Positions 39,196 through 50,348 of a stretch of 64,000 nt of DNA are shown piece by piece (the first letter of the stretch is position 1; the number at the start of each line of letters is the position of its first letter). Source of the stretch: Takakia lepidozioides (Eukaryota > Plantae > Bryophyta); the NCBI GenBank assembly GCA_030704615.1, contig CM060731.1, forward strand, positions 34,782,001 through 34,846,000, given 5' to 3'. The notes under the pieces were generated by a model. The model saw only the letters and a program-made list of their open reading frames with translations. It did not search any database and was not told the origin of the DNA. The translations under genes were made by a program, and so were the position numbers.

Positions 39196-39648
39196 CTTAA
39201 CCGTCCTTTACCCCTAAAGGACGGCTCAGAATTTTGTGTGGTAATATAGGAGCAAACTACCTTCATGCATCAAGGACTTGGAATTTTTTTGGCATATGAA
39301 TTTTACAACTACCTCATGCAGGTAGTTTTAGGATTTTCTACCTGAAGGTAGTTGCAAAACCAAGCTGAACTACCTGCATGAGTGTAGTTGCATACCCTCC
39401 GTGGAGGTAGTTAGCACCATCCACCGGAACTATGTTCAAGGAATGGAAACAGACACCTGCACCGCCACATTGCCATCGACCTACCACCAGACCACAACCT
39501 CCGCGATGCCAAAATCTGCCGTTTTTTCGATATATAAGAGAAACAAGGGAATAGGGATCCTTTTAATGTAGGGGGGCCGCTGTCAGGTCTCTGTCCCCTC
39601 TGACTGTTCGTCTACTTGTGAGATTTAGGATCAATGTGTGTAGGTATG

Positions 39649-39743
39649 GATGGATGAGAGTAGGATGTATGTGCAATCAGATGGATGAGAGTAGGATGGA
39701 TGTGTAATCAGATGGATGAGAGTATGAATGGATGTGTAATCAG
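39649..39743. repeat. 31-bp tandem repeat x3
   Basis: gatggatgagagtaggat(g/t)atgtg(c/t)aatca-like units. Confidence 0.85.
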
Positions 39744-39764
39744 AGGCGAGTCTCCATGGAATCA

Positions 39765-40706
39765 CTCTTGAAGGTTTAGCATAAATTGTAGTGTGTCTTC
39801 ATCCCGAAGAAATATTGTTTTCGCATTGGAAGGTGGATGATATATTTGTGGATATTGTCAAAATTACCTCATGATGTATTTGCCCTTGTTATACTAAATT
39901 TTCTGATTGTTGGTCACATTTTTGTTGCAGTCATGCGTCAATACAAATTTGCAAATTTGCATGCATATTGTTAACATGAACTATGTCAAAATCATTGACA
40001 TGTTGACCCTTTTTCGTGCATTTATGAAGAAGTATGATCAAAAGAAAGCCCACAATATGTTGGATGCAATAATTGGGATCCCAGATTTAACGGCCTTGGA
40101 CTAGTGCTAAGTTTGTTTGGTTGTGAGGCTGCAGTTACTTTAATAGTTGTATGTAGAGTATGGCTCCAAATCATTGACCATGCCTTTGCTTTTGCATGAC
40201 TCATTGATCTATTAGTTATATAATTAAGAATGTTCCAGAACATGTCACTAATCTGAACAATTTTGGACGACGGAAACAACAAATTGAGAAAAAAATTGAT
40301 AGTATATTTCCAAAAGCTATCAGTACTATACGGGTCCATTGGAGTGGTAGAAGGCTCATGAGATCAGGTTCCCTTCAATGGGCTTAATTTTTCCCTGACA
40401 AGTCATTGGGAGTTGGCTCAAGATGTTTGAAAGAGTTTTTTTTAATAGCCAGAGTTTATTATTGTACATTTGTGCCATTGCTACCTTTAATTAGCGGATT
40501 ATAATTTAGATAATTTAATGATATATTCGTTGCCAAAAATAAGCCATATGATCCATGACTGAGACTAATCCAAAAACTCTTCTAGAACTGTGAGCGGAGC
40601 AGAAAGAAGACTTGATTGAGGAGCTTGAAGAGGAGGGTGTGGAGACACTAGTGGTCTCCAACACATGATTTATGTGGTTTTCAACCATCACTAGTGAAAT
40701 GATATT
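39765..40706 (+). mobile_element. Decayed DNA-transposon (hAT-like) remnant, copy A
   Basis: Residual FMKKYDQKKAHNML..(LDPRFKGLG in copy B), resembling hAT transposase C-terminal LDPRFK. Colinear inverted homologue at 56728-57649. Confidence 0.6.
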
Positions 40707-41871
40707 ATGCCCTACCCATTACAGATCATTGATACATAGCTGTATCTACTAGCCCCACCGCATCGAAAGGTGAGTGCCTAAAATGAATACTTCAACTTTA
40801 AACATGTAGGGGGGGGGATTGCGGATTAAATGTGAGGTTCCTAGTAAAATTACATGTGAGATTTTTGGTCCAAAGCAGTGTTGGGCGGGTATCAAGTTTT
40901 CAGGTGGATATTGATTAGGGTATTAGGAATTGGACTTAATTGGGTATAACTTTAGAGATGTAACATAGACTTTATTAAAAACCGACAATATTGGATTTTG
41001 AATAAACCATATCCGGATCAACATCCAAAGATATATTTATTAAAAACGGATGTCCAATATCCATGTAATTACATAACTACCTAACACATATATCATTTGG
41101 CACCTACAATATATTAATAATATACATTTCTTTAGTTATATATATGAAATTTCTTAAATCTAGACTATCATCCAAGTGGTCACTGTTTGGGATTCAAAAT
41201 CGAAGCATTCTTGAATGTAAGTTTGTTCATTTTTTATATATCAAACAGCAAACAATTGCAGCTACATAGTTGTCAATTATGACATGACGTGACGCAAACA
41301 TGTCAGTGTCCAAAACTAACTTTATATCAGATTTTTTTCTTAACTTGTTTACTTTTATGCCACTTTAACTACCCCATTGACAGGGCAACAGCCTATGTGT
41401 ATTGCACACCTGGCTCTAAAAAAAGAGAAAATATTTTAAAAAAAATGTTAGACCTCCCTGGCAATGGCCGGGCGACTGGCGGACGACATAGTCGGATGAC
41501 AGGCGCAGATGACTATGCAGATTTTTATTTTATTTTCATTTTTTCGGAGATGGCGACGGTGGGAATCGGGACGACTGTCGAGCGATGGACGACGGTGGGG
41601 CACCGCCGACAGACCGCTGGACGAGGGTCGCTATGCGGATTTTTTTTTTAATTATTTTTCGTTTTTCATTTGGACGGCAGGGAGGGACGGGCGGGCAACC
41701 GCCGACCGACGGTGGCTATGCGGTTTCTTTTAATTTTTGTTTTTTGTTTTTTGTTTTTATTTTAGTGGGGGCGGGGTTCGTAGGCTGTACCTATAAGCTC
41801 AATTGTGCACCATAAAATCAAGCCACATAGATATTGGGACTAAAATCCACAGTCACCTTCCATCCCCCTAT

Positions 41872-41967
41872 TCTGCATAATAAAAAATGACAAAATGAGC
41901 CTCCCCTTCTTCCCCTCTACTCTGCACAATAATTAGTCAAAAAAACGGCAGAATGAGCCTCCCCTGC
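41872..41967. repeat. Direct repeat, right copy of 39100-39195
   Basis: Read directly from the sequence. Confidence 0.85.
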
Positions 41968-41969
41968 AA

Positions 41970-42917
41970 CCCTTAAGCGCCCACAGGTCAAGTTTGACTT
42001 TTCCAAAAAACCAGACCCCAAGCCGAAAAATGATTGTAAGACTGTGAAAAGCGAATCTGAAAAAACTGACCGCACAATGTGTGGCCACCTGCTTGCTGCA
42101 TGCCCTGGCAAAAAATCAAGGGAATCTGGCCACATCCAGAAATTTCCCACCGTTGAGATTGTGGCCCATTTGGGGCTACTTGAAAAGAAAAGAAAAGATT
42201 CCAGCAGGTTTTTTATTTTTTCAGTGACGGGTTCAAATCCGAATTCCATGAAACTGCTTTCTAGTAAGTAATGCGTACAAGATGCAGCATCTGGCAAACC
42301 AAGAATGAGCTCATTTAAATGAAATTGGAACATGTGGCATGCGGTCAACGCGGCTCCTACAAGCATCCTCACTCACGACTCAGGAAACTCGAGAGACATA
42401 GGAGAGAGAAAAACACATGAACAACCTTCAATGCGTGAGCACACACACCCCCCTTGAACTCCAGCCGCTTTTCTGGAACCCTAGTTTTGTTTTTGGAAGA
42501 TCTGCATGTGGACCCTATGCTGCCATGTGGTTGGCATGAGCATACTCGAAAGGCAGAACTACAAGATCAGATCTGCCAAAGATATCTGTAAAAAACCAAC
42601 ATGAAAAGCCCAAAACGGGCCTGGTGGGCAGCGTTTCTCTTAAGAAATCTGAAAAATAGCACGAGTAACTACAGAGTTTTGTGAAAAATAGCCGTACATT
42701 ATGTTCATCATTCATCCACCTTTGTACTTTAATCCATTTATATCATCCATATCTGGTGAATTCATCCATAATTGTCTTTTTTTATTTGGAGAAGTTTGGC
42801 GATTTCATCCATGAAAAAACAGGGAATTTGCGACAGAATATTTTATTTTATTTTTTGAGGTCGCAATTTGGCGATAAATTGCCAATAAAAGAATGGCTGC
42901 TGGTGGGCGCTTAAGGG
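41970..42917. mobile_element. Non-autonomous TIR element (MITE) with CCC termini
   Basis: Perfect 15-bp TIR cccttaagcgcccac (41970) / gtgggcgcttaaggg (ends 42917). No coding capacity seen. Confidence 0.75.
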
Positions 42918-42989
42918 TGGGTGGTCCATTTTGCAGCATATGACATATGTGACTCTAGAAACCACAGAGCTGCAAAATGGACAACCCAC
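42917..42989. mobile_element. 73-bp mini-element with 21-bp inverted termini
   Basis: gtgggtggtccattttgcagc / gctgcaaaatggacaacccac (20/21 complementary). Confidence 0.65.
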
Positions 42990-44478
42990 GTTAACCCCTA
43001 AAGGATGTAGCGACAAGCGACCCAAATTGGGTCGGTTAGGTTTAGAAAAGTGTCTGGTTATCACTGGGGTTAAGCCTGATTTGGGCATGTTTAGGCTCAT
43101 TGGATAGGTAATCGCGTCAGCTATGAGGTGGCATTTCTCAATTCGTCATTGGGCCTGGCCCCAGCCACGTGGAACACCTAGAGTCTGCCACACTCGTGGT
43201 TTTCAGCCCCATTTTGGGCAGCTAACCTGCCCTCCATCCTACGTGTCAACTAGGGTCAGGTTAGGGAGAAATTCCACGCACCCCCACTTGCGCAGGGTGG
43301 CGCATCTCCCAACACCCTTTATTGCACCCCCTCCACCCAAGCACCCCCCATTGGCAGGCAAAGGCAAAGGCATCCCCCCAAACCCATATACCTTAGGGCT
43401 ACGGGCCAAAAAGTATAGGCAAACATAAATGCACATGGAGAAGTCATCAATTCAACAGTTCCGATCTCTTCACCGAATTTTCTAATACGGTTTTGTGCTT
43501 GCCCCTTTTGAAATTGGGAAATTTGACCCCCCAAATTGGCCATACAAAGCAGCCCACATGAGAACATGTCAGAAAAAGCTGAAAATTTTAGGGCAGGTGT
43601 CTTACCTGGCAAGATTCTGGTTTGTGTCATGTCAAAAAAATTCATAGCTGGGAAATTCGATAAGAAAAGCTTTGTTTTTTACCCCATTGAAAATAGGAAA
43701 TTTGTCTTTGGCACAACTTTCAACATTATAAGCTTGCAATCCGGCGGGTCCATTTGGACCAGACTTTTTGTGGTCATAGCTGGGGTAGGTAGGAACATAT
43801 TACAACGGTCAGTTTTACAGGGCATGAGGAAATCGCAAGATATAAATTATTTAGTGGGGAAGGGTCAATTGTTTGGGGGTGGACCCAGAAATTGGGGTTA
43901 GTCCTTTGGCGCACACGGATTGTGACCTGTAGAACAGGCGCACTTCAGAGTTACAGGCTGAGTTTTATACCCTAACGGTGCTTCTTCTTCTCTCTCTTCT
44001 CTATGACTTTTGGGTTTACTTCATGGCCACAACATTACCATGGCGTCGCTGACGCTTCGATGCGGCCCCTCGCCTGTCACCACCCACGTCAATTCTTGAG
44101 TGTTGAGATTCATGGCAGCCTCAGGACATCTTCTCCAAGCTCAATGGCGTCTGATGGGGCCGGATTATATGATCCCGGTGGAAGCAGTATTGCAGGCACT
44201 CTCTTGCATATGAATTGGCTTGCATGTGTTACAAACTGTTCAGTGAGCTCTGGCGGTGAAGCGATTACTCATTGGAGGTCACTTTAGGGTTACTTCTTTT
44301 GTAGTTTTGTAGTCATTTGCAGCTATTTTCTTGCCCTTGCCTTTTTTTTGTCATGAGCAGAAATGGAGTCATTTAGAGTTGATGTGCGTGCAGTCCTGTT
44401 TTAGTGTCAGTTGTTGCTTTCAAAGCGTAGCTGGTCGATTCGCAGAAACGAGTTGTAGGAGGATTTGCAGTGAACAAG

Positions 44479-47400
44479 ATGGTGAAACAATCCAAAATGC
44501 GCGAAGTGCGCAAAACGTACCATGAGGTGTACGACTCGGACGAGTGGGAATCGTTGATATGCGAGGCTCACTCTGAGGCAAGGCTTGAAGAGCTTGGTGA
44601 TGATAATATGAAGCCATTTAGATGTATTCATTGTCGAAAAGTTTTTAAAGATAAGAAGAAAGTTAACATTCACAGGATAAATGGCTGTGATGCAGCTGTA
44701 GGAAAGGGTGGTCCTAAACTGAAAATGTACCTTGTGTTTGAGCCGGGGCAAAGGCACATCATGGAGGGTGTTCTTTGTAAGCATGGGCTGAAGCGTCCTG
44801 GAAAAGGGATGAAGACGAGGGTAGAGGGTGACGACAGTATTATGGAGGAGGCTACACGAGATGTGAGTCTATGGAAAGAGCCAGGGAATGATTATGAGGA
44901 TGACGATATCTCCATCTTGGACACACCTCCTCTCATGCCACAGGTAACTGTTACCACTCAACGCATTGGCAACTCTACTTTGGACAGACCTCTTGTTGTG
45001 CCACAGGCACATGTTACTACTCAACGCATTGGCAGCTCTACTTTGAACGGACCTGTTGCTGTGCCACAGGACACCGTGAAAGCTCAACGCATTGTGAAGA
45101 CTACATTGGACGGACCTGCTGTTGTGCCATAGGAAAGTCGCCGACCTAAAGACCACATTGTGAAGGAGGTACATGTTGCATCTTTAAGTAGAGAAGAGGC
45201 CATAGATGGCTTTGTGAAGGCGTCCTTGCTGCTGACCTCGGATATTGTCGTGCCTCCGAAACCCGCACCTGTTCCATGCCCAGGACTCACCTATCTAATT
45301 CACGTTCAAGAGATGACCTCTTTCTATTCCCCGAAACCAGGTTTTGGAAAGCCTGCAACACCATCTTCTGAATACGCAGGATGGTCATGGTGCCCTTAGA
45401 AATGTCAGTGACAACTTCCTCAAGGTTGGATATTTTCTGTACGGTGCCATGCCCCCATATGAGGAAGCCCGGACTGTGGTGCAGGGGGCAGTTGCAGCCC
45501 TTGTGGGTGTGAGCAGTGAGGACTGCGATCGAGTTGTTCATGAATTGGAAGAGTTCATGCGTGAGGTCCGCTGCAGAGCTGTGCGTGACCTCGCTATGCT
45601 TAATCCGAGTGCCTTCAAGATGTTGTGGTGTGGGAGTGCAGAAAGTGAGGTTGCAGGGGCCAATAAAAAATCCGTGCAGGACTTCATTCATATTCTGGGA
45701 CATCGGGAGGAAGTCGACATGGGATGGCTTCCTTGCCACCAGGTCTGTATTGGCCTTACATTTTGCTGCAATATGCATATTAGATTGTCCTACTTAGTAA
45801 CAATGTTACTGTGCTCGTTTTCACCTGTTTGCAAATGTCACTATAACATATACTGAATGCATTCATACTTCTGCAGGTTCTTTTGATTATGGGGAATCCA
45901 GCATACATGAGAAAATTGCTGCAGCCCGGCAAAGCCTGCATGATGTCCACATTGAGAGGCATGCAAGGGATGAGGCGCGTTTCTCCAAACCTCCACATGA
46001 AGAGCGAAATTTGGGTATCCTCGAACATCAGTCACAAGACGCACGAGGTCCACCTCCCAACAATACGAACATGGGGGCACTCATCCTCGCTGTCGATATG
46101 GCATGCTCAGGCATCCTTTCTGAGGACAGGTCAATTATGCTAGTGGAAAATGTGTTGCATGATCCTCTCCTCCCTCAGCCCGAACACAACGCTAATCATG
46201 AACAACCATGTGACGACATACACTGCCCAGAACCAGGTTCTTTCACATGAGTGACTTCAACAGTCCTCCACCCCTTAGTATGCGATATCCGACTGATGAA
46301 GATGTCATTGTACATGCAGTAAGCAATGTCGGATCTTCCGTAACCCCAGCTAATTCACTGGTTAACTGTGGGACAGAGCCTCCCACCCCCAATGCGATGG
46401 TTTTGGCAGTGCCTTCGCCCTTGCGTCCTTACCAGCTCCTATTTGTTGGTGCTCATACTCCTCACAGTACAGAGGCTACTACACGATTTCATGGTGATGT
46501 AGATGTCAGCGTGCGGGCATTGGATAAAAATGCAATCACCGTCACTGTTGCCAAATCCACTGCCATCCATACCACTGCTGCTGCCAAGGCAAAGGATGCG
46601 CTTCCCCCACCAGCCCTTGCATGCTAGCGCAATAAAACCATGTCCAGGTAACCAGTACCATTCTGGTTTTATTACTTTGAAAGGTCTTTTCTCTCCCGAT
46701 TTCATGTGTTGCATGTACGTTCTTTAGTATGCGTTCACACATTGTGCTCCTGGATGTGCAGGATACATGATGGCCTCGAAAACGTATTGTGAGTTCGAAG
46801 CCCGTGCACCCTTATTTCCTGAATGATATGGTATACCTTCAATCCTTAGTTTACAAGTCCCCATTATGTGCATAATTATGTGGCCTCATTTTCACATCAC
46901 ATTCTCTATGCCTTTTTTGCAGGCTCCGCTGTGGTGCACTCGTCGAAAAAACCACTGACATATGGTTTTTGAAGGGCTCGGGTATTACCTGGTTGTTTGC
47001 CGACTGGTTTACTTCTGTAGCATGAACAATGACGGAAGGCACTATGTATAGAAACATGTGTCACCTTCAATGTGCTTCTTTATGGCAATCAGTTCTCCCT
47101 TGCAGAACAAGTGTGGTTTACTTGTGGCCAATGATATCCACACATGCACATGACATTCCTTGTTCATTCTTTGCTTGTGCATTCTTTGTTCCTCTCTACT
47201 TGCAGCTCACAGCAAATTGGTTCCCTGTTGAGGCCGGGCTCCAGAAAAGATATGACCTGCAACGAATCATTTTGGATGAGCTTCAGGGTCAACCAACGCA
47301 CTAGCTTCCATATGCACTTCCCCCCAGTCCAAACAAGTCAGCAGTTGGTTGCAGCAGCCCCGTCCCCTGGTTGCTGCAGGTTGTGCATGCTCCCTTTCAT

Positions 47401-47560
47401 GTGGAACACAAGTATGGATGATAGTTCTTTCCGACCTTATATATTGGACGCTAGAGAGCCATGGAAAATATTTCTTTCAACCTCAAATGCAGGTCCTTTG
47501 CTAAGGCAACATTACCAACTTCAAATGAAAGAGTTGTACATGGCCAGCGAATCAAAATAG
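44479..47560 (+). pseudogene. Multi-exon unknown protein with N-terminal zinc finger and 21-aa repeats; probable MULE accessory gene, now disrupted
   Basis: MVKQSK..FRCIHCRKVFKDKKKVNIHRINGC (C2H2/C2HC-like) and three 63-bp in-frame repeats (~44930-45130). Consecutive protein-like ORFs at 45160, 45344, 45883, 46011, 46247 and 47144 are joined by stops, frameshifts and GT-AG introns. Converges on the MULE transposase. Confidence 0.6.
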
Positions 47561-48280
47561 GTATTCAACTGCAATGTGAATGTGTAAATTTGGAATGCCA
47601 TCTTCAATTGCAAATGGTTGCCTCAGGAATGAATAAAAAACTTCGACCCCAAACATTTAAACAACGTCTCCTGATTCGAAATACTTACTAAACTGCAGTG
47701 ACCTAAAGCCCACATCCGAACTCGTACGAAGTTGAACTACATCCCACCTCACATGAAAAAGTCACAGAAGGCTAGAAACGGAAAGAGAATCCGCCGTGTA
47801 TCTGATGTCATTCAGAATGAGCCGGTTAAGCATGAACCCTAAACCGTAAACCTCACTTTCCAGACACAATTCTGAAATGCGTTGTGAATAAACATGTATT
47901 ATCCCCCCTCAGACCTGTAGGCCATGCACATCACATACTTCAGACCCGGGGGCCATGCATGCATGCACCTCAAATTGCAAACATTCTTCACTCGGAACTC
48001 CACCTGTTGCACATGCTCAATGCGTAGCAGTTGTACATGGGTTGTTCATACAGAAGTGTACTGTCAGTACGCCCGTGCATGTGCAAGTAAGATGTGAGAA
48101 CCTGCAAAACGGTAGACATTGCCTGAAATTGTGGAGCTGAAAATGGAAATGAAATTGCAGTACTGGTAATGCTGTCAGCCACATGCTTCCTCAGCCCAAT
48201 CCACCTGAAGTTCAAAATGGAAAGAAGGCACATCCAACAGCTGCCCAACCATCTCACCGTCTCATTCGCTCAAACAGGCC

Positions 48281-50345
48281 CTAGTTCATTATATGGACTA
48301 TAGGGATTCCAGGAATATGGTGCCTTACCTGAAGTCCTTCAGCCGGTGTACAACCTCTTCCTGCTCCTGGTGGCAGACGGCACGGATGGGAGATTGCCTG
48401 TGTAGCCATGCCTCTCCAGAAAGCTTTGTACCGTGCAAGTGACTTTCTATTCCCATCATCCACAGTAGTCATAACTAGGTCTTCACCAGGGTACTGAAGA
48501 CCCTCCTCCATCATGGCAGACAAGTCCAAAATCTTTCCCTTCGTAGCTCTCACCAATGCAAGAAGATGTTGTTGGAGGAATTTGCTAGTATCTGCCAGTT
48601 GAAGAATACTTTCCCACTCTGTAGAGATAAGGGCAAGTAGGTTGGGCAATGGATTTGTACCAGCGGATGTTTTGTGAGCCATAGAAGGGGAGGTCAGACC
48701 TGGGGGAGTTTGTGAAGACGAAGGCATGGAAGAGGGGGACTGATGGGCAGCTAGCAAGTTGTGGATGCCACCTTTACATGTGCCCAATAGGGATCCGCAC
48801 AACTTTGCAATCAGCCCGTCCTCCATATGGGGGTGGAGCATCTTCAAAACCTTTACCTGGTGTGCACACATATTTCCTTTCTGGGCCCAATGACAATCAC
48901 AGCAACCCCACTTAGAATCCGGATTGTGGACAGTATATGTCATACCCAAATGGCAGTGACATTGAACTGTTGCAATGCCTCCGGGTGTGTCAGGCAGGTG
49001 CACATTCGCATCTAGAATGTCGTTGGCAAGCAAAATAGAAGTACAAACAAAACCCTCCTGCCGCTTGTTTCGGATGAACCCATAAGCCTTCGCATATGAC
49101 ATGTACCAGTAATGGGTTAGCACATCACCTGTCAGTTCAGAGATGAGCCAATCCACCCGCCTACTACCAAGGACGTTTTTGGTGCTCTTCAATTGCGCTT
49201 TTAGGTTCCCGTGGTATGCTTCTACGGCAACATTAGTGTCTTGAGAGGCATGAGGTATGTTCCGGGATCCCTTCATCCACATTTGGGCTTTTGGAAGCCA
49301 CTCTGTCTCCATGTAGGTGCAAAATTCTGTCTCAGAAGGGTACTTCTCCCGCATGTCCTGAATTTTGAATACGGCCCATGCTTCACCTGCATCCCCAGAG
49401 GTCTCCTTTCTATCGTACATGGTCTGTGCCAAGTCTTGTAAGATAGCCGCTCGCAATACTGGGTCTTTCACCTTTGCTACAACATTCTTCTGCCAGGCTC
49501 GGCGAACATGCCACAAGCACAAGAAAATAGCACAATCCCCCCACACAGATCTGTTCTCTTATCAGGCAAGTAAACTAAAATTCATGTGTAACTAAGAGAT
49601 CATGGTAGGTATATTGCCTGAGTTCATGGACATACCTAATTGCAGCAATTTCAGCATCTGCGTCATCCACAATAAAGACAGTCGGACGCCAGTCTACCTG
49701 CAGACTTCTCATTTGTTTGTTAAGTGCCTCCATCCAAGGCGTAAGATCGATGGTTTTGCACCTTGCAGTGATAATGTAAGCCACTGGAATACCTTTCAGC
49801 CAGTCATCGAATACCATCATGGTATACAAGGGGTACTGCAGCAATAGTCATGTGTAACTGAAGTGAGTTCAAAGGAAATAGTACAAGAACAGAAAATTTC
49901 ACATGCAGAACATAATTTGACAAGCTTTGAGGACATTTGGGTTAAGAAACTGTCGCAACCTTCTTTTCATTCGTCCCGTTGCATCACAAGCAACTATGCG
50001 ACGATGGCCGTGTTTGAGCATTTGTTTTCTCTGCCAATCAGTTTGTATGCCAAGCACAAATGGAAGGTCCAGTTTTCGGTCATTCAACGTCCACGTAGGG
50101 TGATTACACTCTTCCTGGTAGTAGAAAACACTTGTTGGGTTTTCATGCACCCACATTCGGACACTTTGTGCATCATTGGAGTGCTTTTTGAAAGCACCTG
50201 CATTTCAGTTGCACTTGGTTTCGAAGCAGCAAAACAAGATGGGACACGATGGATTCAGATTTCTCGCCAACCAACATGTCGATTTGCAATTCAAAGAGGA
50301 GGCGGTGCTGATACAGGCTGAACGTAAGGTTTCCTGGTGACAGAA
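48281..50345 (-). mobile_element. Mutator-like (MULE) transposase with SWIM finger, element 1; 5'-truncated and frameshifted
   Basis: FVLGIQTDWQ..IVACDAT, GIPVAY, FIVDDAD, CLWHVRRAW, DTNVAVEAYH (DDE/CxxH motifs) and SWIM CCDC..GNMCAH. Frameshift right after CDAT. Cut by the duplicated block at ~50345. Confidence 0.9.
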
Positions 50346-50348
50346 CCG

